UHGV virus genome: UHGV-0106252
DNA: 41,044 nucleotides
Reading direction: 5' to 3' (one strand)
DNA from: a virus
Position 1 is the first letter of the stretch. Each line of letters starts with the position of its first letter. The position numbers and the translations under genes were made by a program. Below, one piece after another: positions 1 through 8,718 of this stretch. The notes below the pieces were generated by a model that was given only the letters and a program-made list of their open reading frames with translations, was not told the origin of the DNA and did no database searches.

Positions 1-35
1 TTGATTGGAATGGTATTTTTTAGATGTGAGAAATA

Positions 36-55
36 TTTTACCCGCTATTTTACCC
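36..55. repeat. Two TTTTACCC motifs, part of an 8-bp motif array spanning the window ends
   Basis: TTTTACCC at 36-43 and 48-55. Same motif and its inverse GGGTAAAA recur at 40995-41039 on the other side of the circular junction. Confidence 0.5.
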
Positions 56-250
56 ATTAGCGCGGCTTAAGAGCTTATTTTTGAATTCACAATGGTCACG
101 ATATAACCATCTTGCTCGCCCGTGGATAACTTTGGCTTTAGGCAGGTCTCCGGACTTAATCCGGTCATAGATGAAGGTTTTACCGAAGCCAGTATCGGCC
201 ATGATGAATTTCAAATCAACCAGTGAATCAGGCTGTAGTTCGTGTTGCAT
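50..250 (-). CDS. xis: AlpA/TorI-family excisionase (recombination directionality factor)
   Basis: 66-aa ORF MQHELQPDSLVDLKFIMADTGFGKTFIYDRIKSGDLPKAKVIHGRARWLYRDH resembles AlpA/TorI-type small winged-helix excisionases. Lies immediately upstream of int across the circular junction. Confidence 0.7.
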   Translation of the reverse strand: MQHELQPDSLVDLKFIMADTGFGKTFIYDRIKSGDLPKAKVIHGRARWLYRDHCEFKNKLLSRANG

Positions 251-269
251 GAGTGCTATCTCCGAATAG

Positions 270-285
270 GGAATCGAACCTGCAA
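270..285 (-). other. 16-nt tRNA T-arm-like segment (candidate attP core)
   Basis: Minus strand reads TTGCAGGTTCGATTCC, matching the T-stem/loop of a tRNA (argW-like as I recall it). Flanks do not complete a tRNA, so it is not a tRNA gene. Confidence 0.4.
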
Positions 286-292
286 ATCAGGC

Positions 293-318
293 AATAAAAA
301 ACCGCCATCAGGCGGCTT
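293..318 (-). terminator. Rho-independent terminator (minus strand)
   Basis: Minus-strand hairpin CCGCC-TGAT-GGCGG followed by a T-run, downstream of the 382-561 gene. Confidence 0.6.
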
Positions 319-381
319 GGTGTTCTTTCAGTTCTTCAATTCGAATATTGGTTACATTGTTTTCATATATGAATAAATAAA

Positions 382-561
382 TTAGCTTTTTTCGTTGCCT
401 TCGCGTTCTTTATTAATTTTGACAAAATCGTTTTTACCACGCTCTCCAAATGCGTCTTTAGAGTCGTTGTATCCGCAATCGCAGCACACATAATCATCAG
501 ACCATCCACGCATTGTTTTTTCTTTTGCAATATTTCCAGAACCGCATTTTGGACAAGACAT
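382..561 (-). CDS. Small zinc-ribbon protein (hypothetical, ea-type)
   Basis: MSCPKCGSGNIAKEK...CCDCGY has two Cys pairs. Strong SD (GGAGG) before the ATG at 561. The overlapping 363-719 ORF is rejected. Confidence 0.55.
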   Translation of the reverse strand: MSCPKCGSGNIAKEKTMRGWSDDYVCCDCGYNDSKDAFGERGKNDFVKINKEREGNEKS

Positions 562-657
562 ATCACTACCTCCAAAGCATGAGTGAGATGACAACGTAAC
601 ATTGATTGGAGATTAACAATAGATTGCTGATGTAAAAGATATGTATAAGCTTCGCTT

Positions 658-1290
658 TCAAAGTGGAGGCTCTGGTAGCGGCATCCAGTGTGACGGCTCA
701 CATACCCCCTCAACACCATTCATGTAAAAGAATTGAAATAACCCTTTACCTTTGTGAAACCCTACCATCTGCTCTTTTGTGTCTGAGCAATAAACCAAAA
801 CATCTTCTTCGCTTGGCATTCGCTCACTACAGCTTATCCAACCATCCGGAGTTACCGGAGAGTTGCCGGGTTCTTTAATGTGCAAGCGAGGCTCACCATC
901 TTTTGGCTCAGGCCACTGGCGCTCCATGATAATCTTCAATTTATCTTCCATAGCAACGGTAATTTCAGCATCGCTGATGCCAGCACGGCGCTGTGCATCC
1001 CACAACAGAAACTGCATATCAGCCCACTCGCTAAGATCGTCTGGTTCGGCTGCGGCTTCCAGTGCCTCTTTTGAGAGATGTTTCAGCGGAACAATGGGGC
1101 CAACGCAGCCAAATGTGGAGTCAGACCATTTGGCATACTCGTGGCGAATCTGTTCGCGTTCCAGTGATGCCAGCGCAATTCGTGCCAGTTCTTCCGCTTC
1201 TTCTGCTGGCAGTACAACGTTGCTACCAGGTCCGTATGTTTCGCGCCACTGCTTGATTGTCAGTAGTCGCTCTTTGGTCATAGTGGTCAT
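658..1290 (-). CDS. DUF551-type phage protein
   Basis: C-terminal WISCSERMPSEED...HWMPLPEPP resembles the DUF551 motif. AAGGAG SD before the ATG at 1290. Start/stop overlap with the upstream gene. Confidence 0.6.
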   Translation of the reverse strand: MTTMTKERLLTIKQWRETYGPGSNVVLPAEEAEELARIALASLEREQIRHEYAKWSDSTFGCVGPIVPLKHLSKEALEAAAEPDDLSEWADMQFLLWDAQRRAGISDAEITVAMEDKLKIIMERQWPEPKDGEPRLHIKEPGNSPVTPDGWISCSERMPSEEDVLVYCSDTKEQMVGFHKGKGLFQFFYMNGVEGVCEPSHWMPLPEPPL

Positions 1291-1291
1291 A

Positions 1292-1813
1292 TCACTCTCC
1301 TTTGATGCGAATGCCTGTTGCAATGCTGTTTATGATGCTGTCAGTGCATGGGGTAGAAAGCTGGGCATCTCCAGCAATTTTCATGACCTCAACATCTGCA
1401 TATCGAATACCGAGGTGTATCAGACCGGCTATGCCTGACTTAAGCCGAGCATTTTCCATAAATAGAACCTTTGCCCGCTGTTTTTCTGCTTCAAGCTCAA
1501 CTCTCAGCTTCCCTACCGTTAGCGCAATCTCCTCGTTCTCCTGGTCGCGAGATTTGATGTATTGCTGGTTTCTTTCCCGTTCATCCAGCAGCGCCTGCAC
1601 TACTTCAGGGTTGAAAGCTGCGATATAACGAGCGTTGTTCTCTGCGTTGTTCTGTCCATCAAAGCCGGTCCATTTGATAACGTCTTCACATCGTTTATCA
1701 CCAGGTGTATGCACCGCATATGTACCAGTACCAGACGAAATAAATGCGACCCATTCACCCTGTGTTGCCAGTTGCGCCGCCTCACGCAGTGCCTGATAGT
1801 CAATCTTGCTCAC
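1292..1813 (-). CDS. Ead/Ea22-like early protein
   Basis: Central AAFNPEVVQALLDERE and coiled-coil region typical of Ead/Ea22 family. GTG start at 1813 preceded by AAAGGAGG; the ORF track extends to 1855. Confidence 0.55.
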   Translation of the reverse strand: MSKIDYQALREAAQLATQGEWVAFISSGTGTYAVHTPGDKRCEDVIKWTGFDGQNNAENNARYIAAFNPEVVQALLDERERNQQYIKSRDQENEEIALTVGKLRVELEAEKQRAKVLFMENARLKSGIAGLIHLGIRYADVEVMKIAGDAQLSTPCTDSIINSIATGIRIKGE

Positions 1814-2105
1814 TGGTTGCCTCCTTTGCTGGGCTTTCGAATGTATCAAACTCAAACAACTTAACTACGTCATCAAACAGGACATAATCGCCATCAGAAT
1901 CTTCAGTCATGTCAGCGCCACAATCCTGACCGAACGAGTCACAACCATCCATATCAAGCTCGTATCGCTTGAGTTTTGCGATATTTGATAAATTCAGCGC
2001 CAGTACAGCAAGGTCATAAACCTCATCAGCGGTATACCCGGCACCATGCCCATACATTTCAATACGGGATATGATTTCTTCTACACGTTGTTTTGTGATC
2101 GTCAT
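1800..2105 (-). CDS. Hypothetical acidic protein
   Basis: 101-aa ORF with SD AGGAAGGTG; ATG overlaps the stop of the upstream gene (translational coupling). Confidence 0.5.
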   Translation of the reverse strand: MTITKQRVEEIISRIEMYGHGAGYTADEVYDLAVLALNLSNIAKLKRYELDMDGCDSFGQDCGADMTEDSDGDYVLFDDVVKLFEFDTFESPAKEATSEQD

Positions 2106-2563
2106 TTTTGCTCACCTTCCTGTTCTTCCAGAAAAATACGCATAGCCTCAAGCATCTCTTCGGTGTCATACGGAGACAGCTTGTCACGCAGGATGTGTTC
2201 AATGCTGTTAATGAACTTGCGGATTGCTTTGCGTTCAATTTCAGCCAGGAAAGCGTCGGTGGCTTGGGTTTCAGTAACATCATCTTCCCATTCGCTAAAC
2301 TCCTCACGACAAAAGTCATTAAATTCCTTCTCAGATTGCTTAAGCGAGGTATTTTCAGCAGCCATCTTCGCGCATTTAGCCTCAAGGTTATCAATCGTGA
2401 TTCCAGCAGAACGACACTCCCGCAACGCCGTTTCCAGTTTTGATTCAAGTTCGCCGAACTTACGGACAAGATATTCAGCGTTTGTTTCGTTAACCTTTAA
2501 ATCACTTGGGATGCATTTACCTTTCAGAAAACCATCCATCTCAATTAGTGTCATTTGTTTCAT
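2102..2563 (-). CDS. Hypothetical protein
   Basis: 153-aa ORF with GGAG SD, coupled to neighbours. The overlapping 2059-2469 ORF is rejected. Confidence 0.5.
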   Translation of the reverse strand: MKQMTLIEMDGFLKGKCIPSDLKVNETNAEYLVRKFGELESKLETALRECRSAGITIDNLEAKCAKMAAENTSLKQSEKEFNDFCREEFSEWEDDVTETQATDAFLAEIERKAIRKFINSIEHILRDKLSPYDTEEMLEAMRIFLEEQEGEQK

Positions 2564-2724
2564 TTCTTCCCACTCCGCAACATCGCATTCAGATATTTGT
2601 TGTCGTTAACAGAACCGAAACTCTTTCTTTTAAGCAATTCCTCTCTCGATGGCATTGGCTTTACGCGTTGGCGAATAATCATTTCTGCCGGAAGAATGCC
2701 GGGATTGTATGCAAGTCCTCTCAT
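2560..2724 (-). CDS. Hypothetical small protein
   Basis: In-frame ATG at 2724 preceded by GAGGA; the longer ORF-track start at 2877 overlaps the upstream gene. Confidence 0.35.
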   Translation of the reverse strand: MRGLAYNPGILPAEMIIRQRVKPMPSREELLKRKSFGSVNDNKYLNAMLRSGKK

Positions 2725-2734
2725 AGTAAATTCC

Positions 2735-3031
2735 TCAGTCATTACTGATAGCGCCATAGCGTGAGCGGTAATTACGCAGGCGCGGGTCGATATATTCAGG
2801 GAAGTGGGTATATGTGGCTTTGCGGAATGGTCGGATTGATGTCTGGTAAATTCGCTCTCGTTCTTCTTTCTCTGCAAGCCATATACAGTGGCGAAATTCC
2901 TTTTCCTCTTTCGTTTCCTGCGGTAGAGACATTATTCGATCGTAGTTTTTTCTGAATTTATCCAGCACCTCCGATACGGAATTGCCGGAACAGCGGCGCG
3001 GGTCATCCGCACCATACAAAGGCGCTGGCAT
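2735..3031 (-). CDS. Hypothetical protein (position and size compatible with an Abc-type anti-RecBCD gene)
   Basis: 98-aa ORF with AAGGA SD, downstream of erf in the pL operon. The Abc assignment is positional only. Confidence 0.45.
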   Translation of the reverse strand: MPAPLYGADDPRRCSGNSVSEVLDKFRKNYDRIMSLPQETKEEKEFRHCIWLAEKEERERIYQTSIRPFRKATYTHFPEYIDPRLRNYRSRYGAISND

Positions 3032-3054
3032 AATTAAATCCTTATTTTTCTAAA

Positions 3055-3438
3055 TCAGAATGGGATGGAATCGTCGTATACAGGAGTGTTCTGCTGGTTA
3101 CTACTTTGCTGCTGCGGGCCATTTCCTGAAGCTGCAAATCCAATCTTTGCATTCAGTAATTCAAGAGTGATTGATTGACCATTTTGCCCCTGATAAACAT
3201 CAACCCTGATGTTTTCTCCGGTAATTTCCACAATGCCACCTTCAACAAGAACACTACGGTAGTAATCCGCTTGCGCTCCCGGCTTGGCAAATACAACGGC
3301 GCTGTAGTTTGTCCATTCTTTCTTTTTTGTCTGGCGATCGTAATACTGAACGCCAGCACGGATGTTGAATCCGATATTTTCCCCGGCCTGAAACTCTCTT
3401 GCGGGCTTGTTTAGTCTTACAGTAATCGAATGTGCCAT
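3055..3438 (-). CDS. SSB-like single-stranded DNA-binding protein
   Basis: C-terminus ...PVYDDSIPF matches the acidic SSB tail (DDDIPF-type); Gln-rich linker before it. ATG at 3438 overlaps the erf stop. Confidence 0.55.
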   Translation of the reverse strand: MAHSITVRLNKPAREFQAGENIGFNIRAGVQYYDRQTKKKEWTNYSAVVFAKPGAQADYYRSVLVEGGIVEITGENIRVDVYQGQNGQSITLELLNAKIGFAASGNGPQQQSSNQQNTPVYDDSIPF

Positions 3439-4043
3439 TAAGCAGCCGCTCCTTCTAATTCGTCTCGTCTGATGTTGTAAACGTCCTGCGCTTTGTGCTG
3501 CTCCGGTGTGCCTTCGAGCATCTTCCACGCTTTGGCGAACGCCTGTTTAAGCTCTTCCACGGTGTTTTTCTGCATTGCTGCGTCAGTGAATGCTTTTAGA
3601 ACCTGTTCAGGTGTAGGTGATGGTTTTGATTGCTTTGCTGCTGCGTTCTGCTGATGTTTATGCTCGTCTGTATCTGCATCTTTCGCATCATCAATGCCGA
3701 ACAAACCATTAAGGCAATACTTGCGCGCATAAGAGCTTGTAGCTCCAGTAACTTGTGCAGAATCCATTCCTTTCTTGCTTTCTTCCTCTCTTGCGAGAGC
3801 GGTTGCCGTATGACTGTTTTCGCCATCGGTAATAGTTGCCGTGGCTTTCACGTAATACCGATCACCAATCAACACAACTTCATCGCTGATTGATAAAAAC
3901 AGGCCATTCAGTAACGGCTTAACGCCTTCAAGAATGTCTTCGCAGCTTCTGTATTTATATTTACCGAATGAGTTGTACTGATTCTTTGGCGCGTTCAGAT
4001 TCTCCTGAATAGCTGCCAGTCTTGCATAAAATTCTTTGCTCAT
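3438..4043 (-). CDS. erf: Erf single-strand annealing recombinase
   Basis: MSKEFYARLAAIQENLNAPKNQYNSFGKYKYRSCEDILEGVKPLL... is close to P22 Erf as I recall it. Confidence 0.85.
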   Translation of the reverse strand: MSKEFYARLAAIQENLNAPKNQYNSFGKYKYRSCEDILEGVKPLLNGLFLSISDEVVLIGDRYYVKATATITDGENSHTATALAREEESKKGMDSAQVTGATSSYARKYCLNGLFGIDDAKDADTDEHKHQQNAAAKQSKPSPTPEQVLKAFTDAAMQKNTVEELKQAFAKAWKMLEGTPEQHKAQDVYNIRRDELEGAAA

Positions 4044-4144
4044 ATGTTTGATCTCAGAATGGACACAGCCCAAGAAAATAACGCTGATTTAATACTTCGA
4101 CTCGGGACAAATTAAGGCATACCCGCACTCCTTCGCGGTCGCCA

Positions 4145-4303
4145 TTATGGCGATACCAGAGAGCTTTCTGCGTGTACATGCGTCTCTGTAACTTGCTCTC
4201 CTTCACTGTGGTTGCAAGTGACATGAATATCTCCTTCGTTACCGATTAATTCTTTCATCTGACGAATGAATTCTTCGTCTGACCAGTTATCTGTAAAACT
4301 CAT
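4145..4303 (-). CDS. Small protein in kil/arf position
   Basis: 52-aa ORF (MSFTDNWSDEEF...) between erf and cIII; its start overlaps the cIII stop. Confidence 0.35.
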   Translation of the reverse strand: MSFTDNWSDEEFIRQMKELIGNEGDIHVTCNHSEGEQVTETHVHAESSLVSP

Positions 4304-4470
4304 GGGCGGCCTTGTTGTTTCAAAATATCCCAAAGCTTTTCGAGCAAACTTTTCATTCTTGGTTGTTTAAAGTCTGCTCCGGTTAGAATGTTTTTTCGTG
4401 AATGCTGTACCGATAAAATCGGGTTGAAAGGGCGAACCGATGCCGCCCCTGCAATAGCGAACTGTTGCAT
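4300..4470 (-). CDS. cIII: CIII-like protein
   Basis: N-terminus MQQFAIAGA resembles lambda CIII MQYAIAGW. AAGGAG SD before the ATG at 4470. Confidence 0.55.
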   Translation of the reverse strand: MQQFAIAGAASVRPFNPILSVQHSRKNILTGADFKQPRMKSLLEKLWDILKQQGRP

Positions 4471-4664
4471 AGGATGCTCCTTCTGTTTGATTGCATAACG
4501 AAAACGCCTCGAGTGAAGCGTTATTGGTATGCATATAAAAAGGCCCTCACACTGGAGGGCAAAGAAGATTTCCAATAATCAGAACAAGTCGGCTCCTGTT
4601 TAGTTACGAGCGACATTGCTCCGTGTATTCACTCGTTGGAATGAATACACAGTGCTTATTTGTA

Positions 4665-5135
4665 CTAATAAAATACCCAATTTTCTGTTTCTTGGTTGTG
4701 CCCAAAGTTATATTCAATATCTGGTGTTGATGTATCAATATTCTTCATCCCATCAACAAGAGTTGATACAACAGCCAAATCTTGTTTGATTCTCATTAAA
4801 TGGTATTTCTTCCGGCGTAATAAACTTTCAATGGCAAGTTTCTTCGTTGGGAATGCAAAAGATCTTTCTGCATTTTTTGCTACTTTCTTAATTGCATATC
4901 TATTTCTCTTTTGTTTCCATTCCTGTAACCACTGATTTGGTGCTGGTTTAAAATTAACAATCCAATGCGCAGGAACCAACCATGCATAATGCTCTGTCTG
5001 ATGAAAAGCTATATATTGAAGTGCGAATATTTTGATTCCATCTTCTTCAACTGTCGCCTGGAATCTCCAGAAAACAGGCATTCCATCATGTTCAGTTTCT
5101 GATTCAGGAAAAGGTACGCTCCATGATTTTGTCAT
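4665..5135 (-). CDS. Hypothetical 156-aa protein (AT-rich moron in pL operon)
   Basis: Long ORF in a visibly AT-rich segment between N and cIII. No recognisable motif and no obvious transmembrane segment. Confidence 0.5.
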   Translation of the reverse strand: MTKSWSVPFPESETEHDGMPVFWRFQATVEEDGIKIFALQYIAFHQTEHYAWLVPAHWIVNFKPAPNQWLQEWKQKRNRYAIKKVAKNAERSFAFPTKKLAIESLLRRKKYHLMRIKQDLAVVSTLVDGMKNIDTSTPDIEYNFGHNQETENWVFY

Positions 5136-5189
5136 ATCTCACCTCAAATAAGTGGTTTGCTGCGAAAGTAAATACGCTTAAGTTACCTG

Positions 5190-5327
5190 TTATTTATCCC
5201 ACCAAGTTCCGTATCTATCTATCCAGTTACACCAATCATCGACACTCCATTTTGTTGTGTCGCATTTTGGCAACTGGCATGAATATCTACCTTCTTTGTA
5301 AAGTCGGCGTTTGACTTTCTTGAGCAT
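5190..5327 (-). CDS. Small Cys/Trp-rich protein (hypothetical)
   Basis: 45-aa ORF MLKKVKRRLYKEGRYSCQLPKCDTTKWSVDDWCNWIDRYGTWWDK with GGTGAG SD. Not in the ORF track (under 60 aa). Confidence 0.35.
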   Translation of the reverse strand: MLKKVKRRLYKEGRYSCQLPKCDTTKWSVDDWCNWIDRYGTWWDK

Positions 5328-5391
5328 GGCTCACCTCAATCGTAATAAGCTGGAATTGATTTTCCGCGTTGCTTCTGGCGACCAACACAAG

Positions 5392-5775
5392 TCATCTCGC
5401 CGTCAGTTGTTTTGATTTCCGGTATCCTGCTGCGTAAAGAGCTACATTTGGAAGACATACACCAGTTTCTGGTTGCTTATGTCCAAACTCATTCGCGTAC
5501 ACAATGGCCGCTCTCTCCAGATTGCGTCTGTATTCTTTCTGTTGCCAGATCACGTCCTGTGCCATGAACTTAATTGGCTTAGCGTCTTCTATGCGCTCAG
5601 GCGTTTCGTGAGTACCTTTAGCCTGAATCTGCGCTCTGCTTAGAGTAGGGCGGTGTAATACTTCTGAACTTATTGCTTCTTCGCGGGCCAGTACGCCGTT
5701 AGCTAATGCCTTTGCCTTTAAACGCTCACGACGACGAGAACGTGAATTGCCTTTGAACTGAGTTCTGCGTGTCAT
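5392..5775 (-). CDS. N: N-like transcription antiterminator (P22 gene-24 type)
   Basis: Arg-rich motif near N-terminus (NSRSRRRERLKAKA); C-terminus ...VALYAAGYRKSKQLTAR resembles P22 N. CAGGAGG SD before the ATG at 5775. Confidence 0.7.
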   Translation of the reverse strand: MTRRTQFKGNSRSRRRERLKAKALANGVLAREEAISSEVLHRPTLSRAQIQAKGTHETPERIEDAKPIKFMAQDVIWQQKEYRRNLERAAIVYANEFGHKQPETGVCLPNVALYAAGYRKSKQLTAR

Positions 5776-5903
5776 ATAGACCTCCTGGTGAACTTTGGCG
5801 GTGAATACAGCCGGGCGACTAACTCCGGTAGCGTAATCATTGCAAAGCGCCTCCGCCGAGAAGGTTAGCTTCTGCATTCACCCCAAAGTTCACTTTGGTT
5901 ATT

Positions 5904-5918
5904 GCGCTTTGTCAGCGC
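5904..5918 (-). promoter_or_regulatory. nutL boxB hairpin (P22 type)
   Basis: Minus strand GCGCUGACAAAGCGC: 5-bp stem with GACAA pentaloop, as in P22 boxB. In the pL leader upstream of N. Confidence 0.7.
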
Positions 5919-5988
5919 CGTAGATTCATATTTGAATCGTTGTATATTCACCGCCCTGGTGAGTAGTGCGTCCTGCTGATGTGTTTAG

Positions 5989-6049
5989 TATCACCGCCAG
6001 TGGTATTTATGTCAACACCGCTAGAGATAATTCATCACCGCAGATGGTT
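5989..6049 (-). promoter_or_regulatory. OL1-OL2-OL3 operators and pL promoter (lambda type)
   Basis: TATCACCGCCAGTGGTA (OL1), CAACACCGCTAGAGATA (OL2), CATCACCGCAGATGGTT (OL3); TTGACA/GATACT pL hexamers on the minus strand. Confidence 0.85.
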
Positions 6050-6200
6050 ATCTGTATGTTTTTTATATGAATTTATTTTTTGCAGGGGTGCATTGTTTGG
6101 TAGGTGAGAGATCTGAACTGCTATGTTTAGTGAGTTGTATCTATTTATTTTCAAATAGATACAATTGGTTATGTGTTCTTGGGTGAGGGGGATCGTGAGG

Positions 6201-6227
6201 CAAAGAAAACCCGGCTCTGTGGCCGGG
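6201..6227 (-). terminator. Rho-independent terminator ending the cI operon
   Basis: Minus-strand hairpin CCCGGCC-ACAGA-GCCGGG followed by TTTTCTTTG. Confidence 0.6.
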
Positions 6228-6235
6228 AATAACAT

Positions 6236-6614
6236 TTAGGAATCAAGGTCAGGTAGCATGATTTTCTCAATCAACGTCAATGCCCTTTGGTCTCGTTCAG
6301 CAAAATATTTAGGAGCGTACTGAGGCAGCCACACTTCGTTGAAGTATTGTTTGAAATCTGCAATATTCGTTTGGGTATAGACGTACCGGGAATGTCCGGC
6401 CATCTGGGTACTCATGGTTATATGTTGGGAATGTCTTCGGCTCAACCCCCCGGTTGTCACGGAGCCATTGCGAGAAAACCCTACCCTCTGAAATATCAGG
6501 GACCATTTTTTCTGGCAGCGTATATCCGGCCTGTTCAAGTGGCGCAACCAAGTTAAACGTCAGTTCATTAAGCATAGAAAAGTGCGTATGAGGAACTCTG
6601 CCTCGGTTTGTCAT
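6236..6614 (-). pseudogene. Unknown gene in rexB position, apparently frameshifted
   Basis: Two overlapping same-strand ORFs (6309-6614 and 6236-6547). Protein-like N-terminus in one frame and protein-like C-terminus in the other; frames meet near 6385-6405. Confidence 0.45.
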
Positions 6615-6653
6615 ATACCGCTTAAGGTGGATAGGGAGTTCGGCAGGCGCTCT

Positions 6654-6995
6654 TTAACCTGACATCCACTCACGCACCCATCTCGATACTTGCACTGCAA
6701 ATTTTGGAGATAGCCACTGAGCTAAATTAATTGCGATGTCTGGATGAACCCAAGTCCCTTGATTCTCTGCTCTTCCGCCTTTAAATGATTGAATTAACTC
6801 CGATATGGGAATCCCCATATCGCGTGATAATTCATCAAAAAAATCTTGTGTTGTTTTTAGTCGTGTATAGTCAGCAAGTAGCTTCCCCGCAGACTTGCAC
6901 ATCGCGGTGGCATTGATGTATCCGTCTTTGGTGCGAAGATGGATGACTTCTCCATCAACTTCTCTAGCGATTAATGCAAGTTGAAATTGTGTCAT
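6654..6995 (-). CDS. KilA-N domain protein (stand-alone) in rexA position
   Basis: 113-aa ORF resembling the KilA-N DNA-binding domain; AGGA SD. Immediately downstream of cI in the same operon. Confidence 0.5.
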   Translation of the reverse strand: MTQFQLALIAREVDGEVIHLRTKDGYINATAMCKSAGKLLADYTRLKTTQDFFDELSRDMGIPISELIQSFKGGRAENQGTWVHPDIAINLAQWLSPKFAVQVSRWVREWMSG

Positions 6996-7026
6996 AAATC
7001 ATCCTATTACGTGAAAAATAAAACAA

Positions 7027-7743
<717 letters not shown>

Positions 7744-7750
7744 TTAAATC

Positions 7751-7816
7751 TATCACCGCAAGGGATAAACTTCTAACACCGTGCGTGTTGACTATTTTAC
7801 CTCTAGCGGTGATAAT
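7751..7816. promoter_or_regulatory. OR3-OR2-OR1 operators with pRM and pR
   Basis: TATCACCGCAAGGGATA, TAACACCGTGCGTGTTG, TACCTCTAGCGGTGATA; pR TTGACT (7788-7793) and GATAAT (7811-7816). Confidence 0.9.
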
Positions 7817-7840
7817 GGTTGCCTGTACTAAGGAGGTTGT

Positions 7841-8041
7841 ATGGAACAACGCATAACCCTGAAAGATTATGCAATACGCTTTGGGCAAACCAAGACGGCT
7901 AAAGATCTCGGCGTATATCAAAGCGCGATTAACAAGGCCATTCATGCAGGCCGAAAGATTTTTTTAACTATAAACGCTGATGGAAGCGTTTATGCGGAAG
8001 AAATAAAGCCCTTCCCAAGTAACAAAAAAACAACTGCATAA
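7841..8041 (+). CDS. cro: Cro repressor (lambda type)
   Basis: 66 aa, near-identical to lambda Cro (two substitutions relative to my recollection). Confidence 0.95.
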   Translation: MEQRITLKDYAIRFGQTKTAKDLGVYQSAINKAIHAGRKIFLTINADGSVYAEEIKPFPSNKKTTA

Positions 8042-8048
8042 GTAACAC

Positions 8049-8094
8049 CGCTCTTTTCACAATGGACATTCGTCCTACGTCGCTGACAAAGCGA
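8049..8094 (+). promoter_or_regulatory. nutR (boxA CGCTCTTTT and boxB UCGCUGACAAAGCGA)
   Basis: boxA-like 9-mer at 8049-8057 and GACAA-loop hairpin at 8080-8094, between cro and cII. Confidence 0.6.
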
Positions 8095-8178
8095 GCCCCA
8101 AGATATCTGACCAACTAAGGCCATATGCGTTTCCACGCATACCTTTCAACTAACTATTCACTATTGGAAAATTAACAA

Positions 8179-8475
8179 ATGACACAAGCAAGTTATAGCA
8201 AGCCAACACAGCGAGAAATTGATCGCGCTGAAACTGATTTACTCATCAACCTGTCAACGCTTACCCAGCGCGGTCTGGCAAAGATGATTGGCTGTCATGA
8301 ATCGAAGATAAGCAGAACGGACTGGAGATTTATTGCTTCGGTCTTGTGTGCTTTCGGAATGGCATCAGACATCAGTCCGATTAGCAGGGCTTTTAAGTAT
8401 GCATTGGATGGAATCACAAAGAAAAAATCCCCGGCTGCCACCGAGGATTCTGAGCAAATTGATATGCAATTCTGA
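8179..8475 (+). CDS. cII: CII-like transcriptional activator
   Basis: 98-aa HTH protein in cII position; C-terminal ...KKKSPAATEDSEQIDMQF parallels lambda CII. Confidence 0.65.
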   Translation: MTQASYSKPTQREIDRAETDLLINLSTLTQRGLAKMIGCHESKISRTDWRFIASVLCAFGMASDISPISRAFKYALDGITKKKSPAATEDSEQIDMQF

Positions 8476-8507
8476 GGGAATTACTGGATCAATCCACAGG
8501 AGTAATT

Positions 8508-8669
8508 ATGACAAAACGTCGTAAGAAATACCAGGAAAAAGAAGAGATTCGACACCCTGATTCACCTGAGGGATTAGTGGTAGCCGCAGCAAATAACAGG
8601 GCGTTCGCAGAGCGCCTTGTTGGTGTTTACAGACTAGCCAAAGCAGGAGTGAAACATGGGCGTCGTTAA
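8508..8669 (+). CDS. Small basic protein (hypothetical)
   Basis: 53-aa ORF MTKRRKKYQEKEEIRHP... with AGGAGT SD. Not in the ORF track. Confidence 0.3.
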   Translation: MTKRRKKYQEKEEIRHPDSPEGLVVAAANNRAFAERLVGVYRLAKAGVKHGRR

Positions 8670-8718
8670 GTTAGCTGATTACAGGCATAACCCTGTACAA
8701 CATCAGGAGGCATCCAGT

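Noticed and set aside
255-290. Possible tRNA gene suggested by the GGTTCGATTCC T-loop motif
   Set aside because: Only a 16-nt T-arm-like segment is present. The flanks cannot form a T-stem or acceptor stem and there is no anticodon arm, so it is reported as a candidate att core instead.
363-719. 118-aa minus-strand ORF overlapping the zinc-ribbon gene
   Set aside because: Different frame over the same DNA as a shorter ORF with a strong SD and a clear Cys motif; implausible composition.
863-2609. Plus-strand ORFs (863-1438, 1302-1628, 1562-1864, 2046-2609 and others) across the early-left region
   Set aside because: Antisense to a tightly packed, translationally coupled minus-strand operon; Ser/Arg/Cys-rich low-complexity translations.
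6035-6235. 66-aa minus-strand ORF between the OL operators and the cI-operon terminator
   Set aside because: It lies in the AT-rich untranslated region that is non-coding in lambda, and has no SD or protein-like composition.
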